Of a stretch of DNA of 29,835 nucleotides, positions 20,333 to 28,239 are shown one piece after another. The translations under genes were made by a program, and so were the position numbers. Origin of the DNA: Planctomycetota bacterium (lineage in GTDB: Bacteria; Planctomycetota; PLA2; JAEUHO01); contig JASJDY010000050.1 of assembly GCA_030065025.1 (NCBI GenBank), forward strand, positions 1 through 29,835. Direction: 5' to 3'. Positions within the stretch are counted from its first letter, which is position 1, and every line of letters starts with the position of its first letter. The notes below the pieces were generated by a model that saw only the letters and a list, made by a program, of their open reading frames with translations, searched no databases and had not been told where the DNA came from.

Positions 20333-21318
20333 CAGTAGCCGTGTTCCAGGTCTACGGGATTCGGCACATCCTCGCCCGCGGCGGCCGCAACCAGCAATCG
20401 TGCCAGGGCCTTCGCACGCATGGGCTCGTTCTGGAGCGTGAGTCCAGCGCGATGCGGGCTCAGCACCACGTTGTCCAGCTCGTGGAACGGGAAGGCCGAG
20501 GGCAGCGTCTGCTCGCGCTCCTCGGACTGGCGCGGGTACGTGTACCAGACGTCCAGTCCCGCCCCGGCGAGGCGCCCGTCGCGGAGCGCTTCGTAGAAGG
20601 GCTGCTCTTGGATCAGCGGGCCCCGCCCGATGTTCACCACGTAGGCGGTCTCCGGCAGCGCCGCGAGCACCTGTGCGTCGACGATGCCCTCGGTCGCCTC
20701 CGTCAGCGGGAGGCAGACGACGAGCGCCAGGGCATCCCCCACGACCGATGTGAGCTCCGACGGCGGCGCGAGCGCCACCGGACCGTGGCGGTCGCCGCGC
20801 CCGGCCTGGCGCCGGATGGCGGTGACCCGCATGCCGAGTGCGCGACACGCGGCGGCCACGCGCTGTCCGATGGCGCCGTAGCCGAGGATGACGGCATGCC
20901 CGCCCGCGAGCGTGGCGGCCTCCGGCGGCCCCCAGCGGCGTCGCCAGTCCCCTTGCCTCAGGTCACGGTCATAGGGCAGCACGCGCTTCGCGGCCGCCAG
21001 CAGCAGCGCGACGGCGAGTTCCGCCGTCGGCGCCGCGTTGTGGTGCAGGTTGTGCACCGCCACCTCGGGCCGCTCACCGAGGCGTTCGCGTGTCGCCTTG
21101 GGTAGACCCGCGTAGGGAATGAAGAGGTGCTTCAGCTCCGGGCACGCTGCCAGGTGCTCGTCGCCAGGCACGCCCCGCACGAGACCGTCGACGTGAACGC
21201 CGTCCGGCACCTCCGGCGCGACGAGCAGGCTCACGCGCTCGTCGAGCGCTCCGCGCAGGTGGCGGAGGAACGGATCCTCCGGGTCGTCCTCCGAGGGCAG
21301 CCAGGCGACGTAGCTCAT
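20332..21318 (-). CDS. D-isomer-specific 2-hydroxyacid dehydrogenase-family protein (NAD-binding).
   Basis: 328 aa. The Rossmann motif is ILGYGAIGQRVA. The catalytic-domain pattern NIGRGPLI...SPHRAG is present. The start lies 9 nt downstream of the flotillin stop. Confidence 0.85.
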   Translation of the reverse strand: MSYVAWLPSEDDPEDPFLRHLRGALDERVSLLVAPEVPDGVHVDGLVRGVPGDEHLAACPELKHLFIPYAGLPKATRERLGERPEVAVHNLHHNAAPTAELAVALLLAAAKRVLPYDRDLRQGDWRRRWGPPEAATLAGGHAVILGYGAIGQRVAAACRALGMRVTAIRRQAGRGDRHGPVALAPPSELTSVVGDALALVVCLPLTEATEGIVDAQVLAALPETAYVVNIGRGPLIQEQPFYEALRDGRLAGAGLDVWYTYPRQSEEREQTLPSAFPFHELDNVVLSPHRAGLTLQNEPMRAKALARLLVAAAAGEDVPNPVDLEHGY

Positions 21319-21327
21319 GCGTAGAGC

Positions 21328-22962
21328 TTACGTGGCGTCGCCCTTCTTCTTCTGCGCGGGCTTGGTGGTGCCGTCCTCGGCGTCGTCGGACATCTTCTTG
21401 GCGACAGCCTCGTCGACCAGCTTGCCGAAGAACTCCGGCATCTCGACGCCGCCGATATCGCGCATCATGTGGAGCATCGGGGGCAGGGAGCCGGCCATGC
21501 TGCTCAGGAAGTTCGCGGTGGAGCTGCCCTGGCCGCCGGCGCCGCCGGCGCCGTCCCACACGACCACCTTGTCGAACTTGATGTTCGAGATGGCCTGCGC
21601 GGCGTTCTCGGACAGGCGCTCGAGCTGCTCGAGCATGAGCATCTGGAAGGCGGCCTGCGGCGTCTCGCACGCCCGCACGATCTCGCCGAAGCCCTGACCC
21701 TTCTTCGCCAGGATCTCGTACTGACCGCGGGCCTCGGCCTCGAGCTTCGCGAAGATCGCCTTCGCCTCACCCTCGGCCTCGATGCGCCGGCGCTCGGCCT
21801 CCGCCTCGGCGTCGACGATGATGCGGGCCTTCTGCGCGATGGCGGGCGCCACCAGGTCGGCCTTCTTCTCCTCCTCGACCTTGCCGGCTTCGGCCTTGGC
21901 GGCCGTCGCCTGTGCTTCGTACTGGGCCCTGAGTACGTCGGCCTCGGCCACACGCTTGCGCGTCTCGCCGAGCTGATACGCCTCGGCGCGCTCGACCTGG
22001 AGCTTGGCATCCGCCTTCGCGACCAGGGCCTTGGCTTCGTTCTCGCCCTCGACAGCAGACGCGTTGGCGTCCGCGACGCGGATGCGCTTCTCGCGCTCGG
22101 CGTCCGCGATGTCGGAGTCGCGCTGGAAGGCCGCCGTCTGCTCGCCGACCTTCGTCTCCTTGTCGAGCACGGCAACCTGAACGAGGCGTTCCTTGTCCGC
22201 GGCCTTCGTGCCGATGTCGCGCTCCTTGTGCGCGTTGGCGACCTGGACTTCCTTCTCGCGATCCGCGTCGGCCACGCCGACCGCACCCTTCTTCTCCTGC
22301 ACGGCCACGTCGATCTCGGCCTGCTGGATGGCGGTGGCGGCGGCCTTGCGGCCGATGGCCTCGATGTAGCCGGACTCATCCGTGATGTCGGTGATGTTCA
22401 CGTTGATCAGCACGAGGCCGATCTTCTTGAGCTCGGGTTCCAGCGAGGTCTGGATGCGGTCGAGGAACGAGTCGCGGTCGCGATTGATCTCCTCGATCTG
22501 CATGGAGGCGATCACCTGACGCAGCTGGCCGAAGATGATGTCGCGCGCCTGGGACTGGATGTCCTGCTCACGCAGACCCAGCAGGCGGATGGCCGCGTTC
22601 TGCATGACCGCCGGCTCCGTGCCGATCGCGACCGTGAAGATCGACGGCACGTTGACGCGAATGTTCTCGATCGACAGCGCGCCGCGGAGCGGAATCTCGA
22701 TCTGGATCGGTTCCAAATCGAGGTAGTCGTAGTCCTGGAAGAGCGGCATGATGAACGCCGCGCCGCCGTGCACCGTCTTGCTGGCGCCGCCGCCCCCGAC
22801 CTTGCCGTAGACGACCAGGATCTTGTTCGAGGGACAGCGCTTGTAGCGCTTGATCAGCAGGATGATCGTGCTGAAGACGAACAGGATGATGAACATCACG
22901 AGCAGGACCATCGGGTCGCCGAAGTCCAAGTTGCCCATGATCGAACCGAAGAAGCTGCTCAC
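21328..22962 (-). CDS. Flotillin/SPFH (band-7) family membrane-scaffold protein with a long Glu/Ala/Lys-rich coiled coil.
   Basis: GTG at 22962 has AAGGAA 6 nt upstream. The N-terminal TM segment is MVLLVMFIILFVFSTIILLI. The SPFH domain follows. An extended EA-rich repeat region (AEREKRIRVADANASAVEGENEAKALVAKADAKLQVERAEA...) is typical of bacterial flotillins. Confidence 0.85.
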   Translation of the reverse strand: MSSFFGSIMGNLDFGDPMVLLVMFIILFVFSTIILLIKRYKRCPSNKILVVYGKVGGGGASKTVHGGAAFIMPLFQDYDYLDLEPIQIEIPLRGALSIENIRVNVPSIFTVAIGTEPAVMQNAAIRLLGLREQDIQSQARDIIFGQLRQVIASMQIEEINRDRDSFLDRIQTSLEPELKKIGLVLINVNITDITDESGYIEAIGRKAAATAIQQAEIDVAVQEKKGAVGVADADREKEVQVANAHKERDIGTKAADKERLVQVAVLDKETKVGEQTAAFQRDSDIADAEREKRIRVADANASAVEGENEAKALVAKADAKLQVERAEAYQLGETRKRVAEADVLRAQYEAQATAAKAEAGKVEEEKKADLVAPAIAQKARIIVDAEAEAERRRIEAEGEAKAIFAKLEAEARGQYEILAKKGQGFGEIVRACETPQAAFQMLMLEQLERLSENAAQAISNIKFDKVVVWDGAGGAGGQGSSTANFLSSMAGSLPPMLHMMRDIGGVEMPEFFGKLVDEAVAKKMSDDAEDGTTKPAQKKKGDAT

Positions 22963-22997
22963 GTGGGTTCCTTCCCTATCTCGCGGTAGCCGACACC

Positions 22998-23582
22998 CTA
23001 GGCGGGCACGACCTTCACCGTCTCGCTCCCGATGATCTCCACGACCTTCACGACCCGTCCGGTGGCGATCTCCTCACCGTCGGTGACGGCAGGTAGCTCG
23101 AACGTGCGTCCTTGGATCTCGACGGTGACCTTGCCGTGTCCCTCGCCCTTCCCGGGGATGCGTAGGTACACCTCGGCCTGGTGGCCCAGGGCGTTGCGGA
23201 TGACGACCGAGCCCGAGGAGCCGAGGTTGTAGAGCGCCCGCATCATGTAGGCGACGACCACCATCGCCACGAAGCCCGCGAGGGCGGCGAAGGCGATGCG
23301 GTTGATCGGTCCGAGGGTCGACCTCTCCAGCGCGAGACCCGTCAGGCCGAAGATGCCCGCGAAGGCGACCAGGGTCTTGAAGCTGAGGATGCCGAAGAAG
23401 ATGTTGCCCTGCGTCCCGTGGGCCGGGTCGAGGTTGCCCACGTCGCCCGAGTCGAAGTCGGCGTTCGGCGAGGTCGAGTCCATCTCGTGGTCGCCGCCCA
23501 GCCCGATGATCTGCAGGATCACCTGGATCACGAGCAGCGTGCAGCCGATCAGGGCCGACCAGAAATAGACTGCGTGCTCCAT
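22998..23582 (-). CDS. NfeD-like membrane protein (flotillin-associated; C-terminal OB-fold).
   Basis: The track start at 23612 is TTG. ATG at 23582 has GGAGG 5 nt upstream and gives MEHAVYFWSALIGCTLLVIQVILQIIGL. There are two hydrophobic segments and then a C-terminal beta domain, EVYLRIPGKGEGHGKVTVEIQGRTFELPAV. It ends 35 nt upstream of the flotillin start, the classic nfeD-floT arrangement. Confidence 0.7.
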   Translation of the reverse strand: MEHAVYFWSALIGCTLLVIQVILQIIGLGGDHEMDSTSPNADFDSGDVGNLDPAHGTQGNIFFGILSFKTLVAFAGIFGLTGLALERSTLGPINRIAFAALAGFVAMVVVAYMMRALYNLGSSGSVVIRNALGHQAEVYLRIPGKGEGHGKVTVEIQGRTFELPAVTDGEEIATGRVVKVVEIIGSETVKVVPA

Positions 23583-23774
23583 CGCGTGCCTCCGTGGCCC
23601 ACGCGGTACCAAATGGCATGCCGCGCTCCCCTCACCCCGCGGGAGAGCCCGATTGTGCCGCCCCTGGAGCGGGCACGCAAGGGAGCCCGAAGGCGGACCG
23701 GTGTCCTCGTCCGTTCCACGATTCGTCCACCGTCGAACGATTCGTTCAATGCCCGGGAGGCCCGGAAATCAGCC

Positions 23775-25019
23775 CTAGCCGTCCTTCGGATCCAGCTGGT
23801 CGAGGGCGGCCAGGACCGCGGCGCGGATCTTCTCGTCCGCATGCTCGGTGTGCGCCCGGAGGGCAGGCACTGCCCTTGCACCTTCCGTGCCCATCCGGCC
23901 GAGTGTGCGCACGGCGACGCGCAGCGCGTCCGTGTCGTCCTCCTGCAGGACAGAGATGAGCACGTCCACGGCGCGTTCGATGTCCTGCTCTTGCTCCCAG
24001 AGCTTCTGCGCGGCAAGCGCCCGGACGATCCCGCTCTTGTGCACGAGAGCGCGCCGCAGCGTGGGGTGCGCCACGGTCCCCATCTGTCGCAGGGCCCATA
24101 ACAGTGGAGCGAGCCTGCGCGCGCGGCCCTCGTACAGCGCGGCTTCGATCGCGGGCAACGCGGGCTCACCGACGCTCCCCAGAGCCGTGGCCGCCTGTCC
24201 ACGCACCAGGGCGCGCTCATCGTCGAGCAGGGCGAGAATCGCCGGGACGTCGGGCGCGGCCATCGAGCCTGCACGCCCGAGTGCCATGACGGCGTACACG
24301 ACCACGTCCGTCACGTCGTCTTGCATGGCCTTGACCAGCAGCGGTCGCAGCTGCTCCACCTGGGCGGGTAGCAGCTTCTCCTGCAGCTCGATCTGCGCCA
24401 ATCCGTAGGCCCCGGCCGCGCGTGCGTCGGCGTCCGCGTCGGAGAGGGCTTTCTGATAGAGGGACAGGAACTCCACGCTGCCCGACGATCGGCGGGCCAG
24501 CGTGCGCAGCGCGGCGCCGCGGACGGGTGCCACCTCGTCCGACGCGACGCGCTGCAGTGACGGCATGACCTGCTCGAGCTCGGCCGGCCCGAGGTACGCG
24601 ACGGCCTCCGCCGCCGTGCGCCGCACCTGCGGGATCTCCGAGCCGAGGGCATGATCCAAGGCGGCCGCCAGGCGCATGTCGCTCGGCCGGTAGCGCGGCA
24701 CGGCCAGGACGCCGGCCCACTGCACGCCCCAGTCGCCGGCACCCAGCGCGGCCAGGATGGGCTCGCGCAGGGAGCCCTCCAGCTTCTCCAGCACGGCATC
24801 CACGAGCCGCCGAGCCGTGACCTCTCCGTCCCGTGTGGCCGGCAGGCCGCGCAGGCGCGGCGCGATCTCGTCGAAGGGCGTCTTCGTCAGCAGGGACTGC
24901 CAGCCGCCGCGGCTCGGGCGGTCGGGATTCTCCCGCTTCGGGTCACCGAGGAACATCCCCGAGATGCCCGCCACGAGCAGCATGAGGATCAGCGCGGGCC
25001 AGACCAGGCGGCTCTTCAC
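23775..25019 (-). CDS. Membrane-anchored HEAT-repeat (PBS-lyase-like) protein, 414 aa.
   Basis: The GTG start at 25019 overlaps the TGA of the upstream AAA gene (GTGA). The N-terminal signal-anchor is MKSRLVWPALILMLLVAGISGMF. Repeated helical-pair units of the form D..VR..A..ALG..G occur throughout. Confidence 0.7.
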   Translation of the reverse strand: MKSRLVWPALILMLLVAGISGMFLGDPKRENPDRPSRGGWQSLLTKTPFDEIAPRLRGLPATRDGEVTARRLVDAVLEKLEGSLREPILAALGAGDWGVQWAGVLAVPRYRPSDMRLAAALDHALGSEIPQVRRTAAEAVAYLGPAELEQVMPSLQRVASDEVAPVRGAALRTLARRSSGSVEFLSLYQKALSDADADARAAGAYGLAQIELQEKLLPAQVEQLRPLLVKAMQDDVTDVVVYAVMALGRAGSMAAPDVPAILALLDDERALVRGQAATALGSVGEPALPAIEAALYEGRARRLAPLLWALRQMGTVAHPTLRRALVHKSGIVRALAAQKLWEQEQDIERAVDVLISVLQEDDTDALRVAVRTLGRMGTEGARAVPALRAHTEHADEKIRAAVLAALDQLDPKDG

Positions 25020-26515
25020 GCCTCGTCTCCCGCGCCCGCCGACACGGCACGACCGTCGGCCCAGGAGCGCAGGGCCTCGATGCTCTCGCGTCGGGTGACC
25101 GCCAGCGGCCTCGTTGCGGCGAGCTCCTGCAGCAGGACCTCCGTGGTGAGCTCGGAGCCCGCGGCGAACGCTGCGTAGAGCCCGGCCACGACCGCCTGCT
25201 CGATCTCGGCACCGCTGAAGTCCGCGCTCGCGCCGGCGAGTGCCCCCAGGTCGAAGGCCGCCGGATCACGGTCGCGTCGCTCCAGATGCACCGTGAAGAT
25301 CATCCGGCGTTCCTCGGGCCGGGGCAGATCCACGAAGAAGATCTCGTCGAACCGTCCCTTGCGCATCAGCTCGGGCGGTAGCTGGCTGACGTCGTTGCAG
25401 GTCGCGACGAGGAACACGGGAGCGTCCCGGTCCTGCAGCCACCCCAGCAGGCGCCCGAAGATGCGGCGGGAGAGGCCGCCGTCCGCGTCCACGCTGCCTG
25501 CATACGCGAAGGCCTTCTCGATCTCGTCGATCATCAGCACGCATGGCGCCATGTGCTCGGCGGTGGACAGCGCTTCTTCGAGGTTCTTGTCCGACTCACC
25601 GATGTACTTGTCGTAGATGCGGCCCGCCTCGAGCCGCAGCAAGGGCAGTCCCCAATCGTGCGCGATGGCCTTGGCCACGAGACTCTTGCCGCAGCCCTGG
25701 ACGCCGAGTAGCAGCACGCCCTTGGGCGGCGGCAGCCCGAAGGCGCGCGCTTCGTCGGTGAGGGCATCGCGCCGCAGCATGAGCCACCGCTTGAGGTTCT
25801 CGAGCCCCCCTACCTGGCCGAGTGACTCCTCGACGGGAACGTACTCCAGCACGCCGCCCTCGTGGAGCACGCGGCGCTTGGCCTCCAGCACGCCGGCCAC
25901 ATCGTCACCGGAGAGCACGAGGTCGTCGGCGACGCAGCGGCGCAGGGCGTGCTCGGCCTCCGTCCAGGTCATGCCCTTGAGGCTGTCGACGAGCCGCTCG
26001 AATCCCTCGTCGTCGAGCGCGACCTGCACTGGGACGGACAACGAGAAGTCCTGTACGACGCGGCGCGCGAGGGCGTGCAGGTCGTCGGCCGACGGGCGCG
26101 GCAAGCGCCACGTCGCGCACAGATGACGCAACGTGGGCGGGAGATCGATGTCCGGCCCCGCGAGCACGAGCGTCCGGCGGTCCGAGCCGAAGTGCCGGCC
26201 GACGTCCAGCAGGCGCCTCACGGTCGCGGGATCGTCCAGCCAGCGCTGGAGGTCCTTGAAGAGGAACAACGCCTCGCTCTGCATGCGCACGGCGGCCTCG
26301 AGGGCCTCGTCCAGGGTCTTGCCGCGCTGGAGGGCGCGTAGGCTGCCCGCCCGCAGCAGGCCGCGCGTGAGGGTCCAGACGTAGAACGGCATGTCCAAGG
26401 AGCGCGCCGCGCCCGTGAGCAGCTGCTCGATCCGCTCTTCGTCGGCGCCGTGCACGGCCAGGAACGGGAGCCTGGAGCGCACGAGCAGCTCGATTTCGCG
26501 CCGGGCGTCGATCAT
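25016..26515 (-). CDS. AAA+ ATPase of the classical clade. The N-terminus looks like a degenerate (pseudo) AAA domain and is followed by one intact AAA module.
   Basis: Walker A reads GVLLLGVQGCGKSLVAKAIA. Walker B reads CVLMIDEIEKAF. The sensor/Arg-finger region reads VFLVATCNDVSQLPPELMRKGRFDE. The N-terminal half aligns loosely to an AAA fold but lacks the GKT motif (PFLAVHGADEERIEQLL). Confidence 0.85.
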   Translation of the reverse strand: MIDARREIELLVRSRLPFLAVHGADEERIEQLLTGAARSLDMPFYVWTLTRGLLRAGSLRALQRGKTLDEALEAAVRMQSEALFLFKDLQRWLDDPATVRRLLDVGRHFGSDRRTLVLAGPDIDLPPTLRHLCATWRLPRPSADDLHALARRVVQDFSLSVPVQVALDDEGFERLVDSLKGMTWTEAEHALRRCVADDLVLSGDDVAGVLEAKRRVLHEGGVLEYVPVEESLGQVGGLENLKRWLMLRRDALTDEARAFGLPPPKGVLLLGVQGCGKSLVAKAIAHDWGLPLLRLEAGRIYDKYIGESDKNLEEALSTAEHMAPCVLMIDEIEKAFAYAGSVDADGGLSRRIFGRLLGWLQDRDAPVFLVATCNDVSQLPPELMRKGRFDEIFFVDLPRPEERRMIFTVHLERRDRDPAAFDLGALAGASADFSGAEIEQAVVAGLYAAFAAGSELTTEVLLQELAATRPLAVTRRESIEALRSWADGRAVSAGAGDEA

Positions 26516-26620
26516 GGTCCGGGGCCTCGCATGCGCGCGTCACTCTACCTGCGGGTGACCGTTGGGCAGCGCGCGGTCTGGTCGAGCCAAACGCCCGTGG
26601 AGCCCTGCTACCGTGTCCAC

Positions 26621-27517
26621 ATGCGATGCGCGCTCCTCGTCTTCACGCTGCTCCTGGGCCTCGTCGGCCCTGCGACCCCGGTCGACGCCGAGGCCCCGGC
26701 CCAGACCCAGCAGGTGGACCTGCGCGTCGGGTGCTTCAACGCGTGGCTCATCCCGATCGTCTCCAGCGATCGGAGCGCTCGCCGGGCGCGCATGCCGAAG
26801 GCCCTGCGCGCGTTCGGACTCGACGTCCTCTGCCTCCAAGAGGTCTGGAGCGCGGGCGATCAGCGGACGCTGGCGAAGGCACTGCGCAAGGAGTTCCCAC
26901 ACGCCGTGCGCGGCGGTGGCGGGCTGATGATCCTGTCGCGGCACCGCGTGAGCGGGAAGACGTGGATCCCCTTCCCGCACTACCCGGGCCTCTCCCTGCC
27001 CGAGCAGCTCGCGCGCAAAGGCATCCTGGAGGCGACCGTGCATACCCCCGCCGGGGCGGTGCGCGTCGTGAACAGCCACCTCGCACTGGCCTTCGGGCGG
27101 AACAACCCCCGCAGCAAGCAGCTGGCGTTCCTGCTGCGCCGCCTCGACAAGCAGCGGCACCTGCCGCTCGTGCTCGCCGCCGACCTCAACACCTGGCCTG
27201 TCGAGAGCGGACGGCTGACGCGGGAGTACCGCTCCATGCTCGCGACGGGGCTCATCGACGCGAAGCCGCCGACGAAGGATGCGAGCGGCCGCTATGACCC
27301 GGGGCAGCCCACGCGCATCGGCTGGCCGCGGCCTGCCGTGAAATCCAATCGCGGCTACTACCCGGACCACGTTCTCTTCCGGTCGAGCCGCTCGCACGCC
27401 CTCGCGCTCCGCAGCTTCCGTTTCGCGCTGGACGATCGGGCCACGGCCCTCTCCGACCACAACCTGCTCTGCGCCCACTTCACGCTGACGCGCCGCAAGA
27501 CGCCGGAGGCCCGATGA
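26621..27517 (+). CDS. Secreted endonuclease/exonuclease/phosphatase (EEP)-family protein, ~298 aa.
   Basis: The track ORF starts at 26450. The in-frame ATG at 26621 gives MRCALLVFTLLLGLVGPATPVDA, a signal peptide. EEP motifs present: VGCFNAW, LDVLCLQEVW, LVLAADLNTWP, SDHNLLCAHF. The stop overlaps the start of the next gene (ATGA). Confidence 0.75.
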   Translation: MRCALLVFTLLLGLVGPATPVDAEAPAQTQQVDLRVGCFNAWLIPIVSSDRSARRARMPKALRAFGLDVLCLQEVWSAGDQRTLAKALRKEFPHAVRGGGGLMILSRHRVSGKTWIPFPHYPGLSLPEQLARKGILEATVHTPAGAVRVVNSHLALAFGRNNPRSKQLAFLLRRLDKQRHLPLVLAADLNTWPVESGRLTREYRSMLATGLIDAKPPTKDASGRYDPGQPTRIGWPRPAVKSNRGYYPDHVLFRSSRSHALALRSFRFALDDRATALSDHNLLCAHFTLTRRKTPEAR

Positions 27518-28239
27518 CGATTCCCGTGCTCCCGCTCGATCGCTACGAGCGCATCGTGTTCTTCACCGGTGCGGGCCTGTCGGCGGAGTGTGGCCTACCC
27601 ACGTACCGCGGCGCCGGTGGCATCTGGAGTGAGTACAACTACGAGGACTTCGCCTGCCAGCGTGCGTTCGACCGAGATCCCGAGAAGGTCTGGGACTTCC
27701 ACGACGAACGACGCCGCATCATGGGCGAAGCCGAGCCGGGCCTGGCGCATCGCGTGATCGCCAGGCTGCAGCAAGAACGAGCGGGCACGGCGATCGTCAC
27801 GCAGAACATCGACGGACTGCACCAGCAGGCGGGTGCCACGGAGGTGATCGAGCTCCACGGCAGCGTCTGGCGTGTGCGCTGTCGCTGCCCCGACGGCCTG
27901 CAGGAGAACCACGACCAGCCGATCGAGCGGCAGTGTCCGGCGTGCTCCGCGTACCGGAGGCCGGACATCGTGTGGTTCGAGGATCCGATGCAGGAGGGGC
28001 CGCTCCGCGCGGCGGCCACGGCGATCGCCGAGTGCGACCTGCTGGTCTCGATCGGCACGTCGGGCGTCGTGTACCCGGCGGCCGCGCTACCTCAGCTCGC
28101 CCGCCAGACGGGCGCGATGTGTGTCGAGATCAACCCGGAGGAGACGGAGGTCTCGGGCCAGTACCAGGTCAACCTGCGGATGGGCGCGTCGGAGGCGCTG
28201 TCGTCGCTGTGGCCCGAAGTCGCCGAGATGAGCCGTTAG
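27514..28239 (+). CDS. NAD-dependent protein deacylase (Sir2/CobB-type sirtuin) with a Zn ribbon. This is the second copy in the window.
   Basis: Motifs present: GAGLSAECGLPTYRG, TQNIDGLH, IELHG, CRC...CPAC, GTSGVVYP. 241 aa. Confidence 0.85.
   Translation: MTIPVLPLDRYERIVFFTGAGLSAECGLPTYRGAGGIWSEYNYEDFACQRAFDRDPEKVWDFHDERRRIMGEAEPGLAHRVIARLQQERAGTAIVTQNIDGLHQQAGATEVIELHGSVWRVRCRCPDGLQENHDQPIERQCPACSAYRRPDIVWFEDPMQEGPLRAAATAIAECDLLVSIGTSGVVYPAAALPQLARQTGAMCVEINPEETEVSGQYQVNLRMGASEALSSLWPEVAEMSR

Noticed and set aside
20333-20848. N-terminal extension of the sirtuin ORF (track 19559..20848). Analogous extensions occur at 16339..17535 (PLD), 26450..27517 (EEP), 28236..29708 (M20D), 22998..23612 (NfeD, TTG) and 5992 (kinase, TTG).
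   Set aside because: The extensions translate to low-complexity sequence and overlap confirmed upstream genes. Internal ATGs have SD sequences, translational-coupling overlaps or signal peptides.
19559-28239. The two Sir2 genes as antiphage-defence effectors (Thoeris/DSR/SIR2-HerA-like).
   Set aside because: Both are small (241-258 aa) canonical sirtuins with complete deacylase motifs and Zn ribbons. No TIR, HerA, pAgo, SLOG or large accessory domain is nearby. The region has no mobile-element, tRNA or compositional signs of a defence island.
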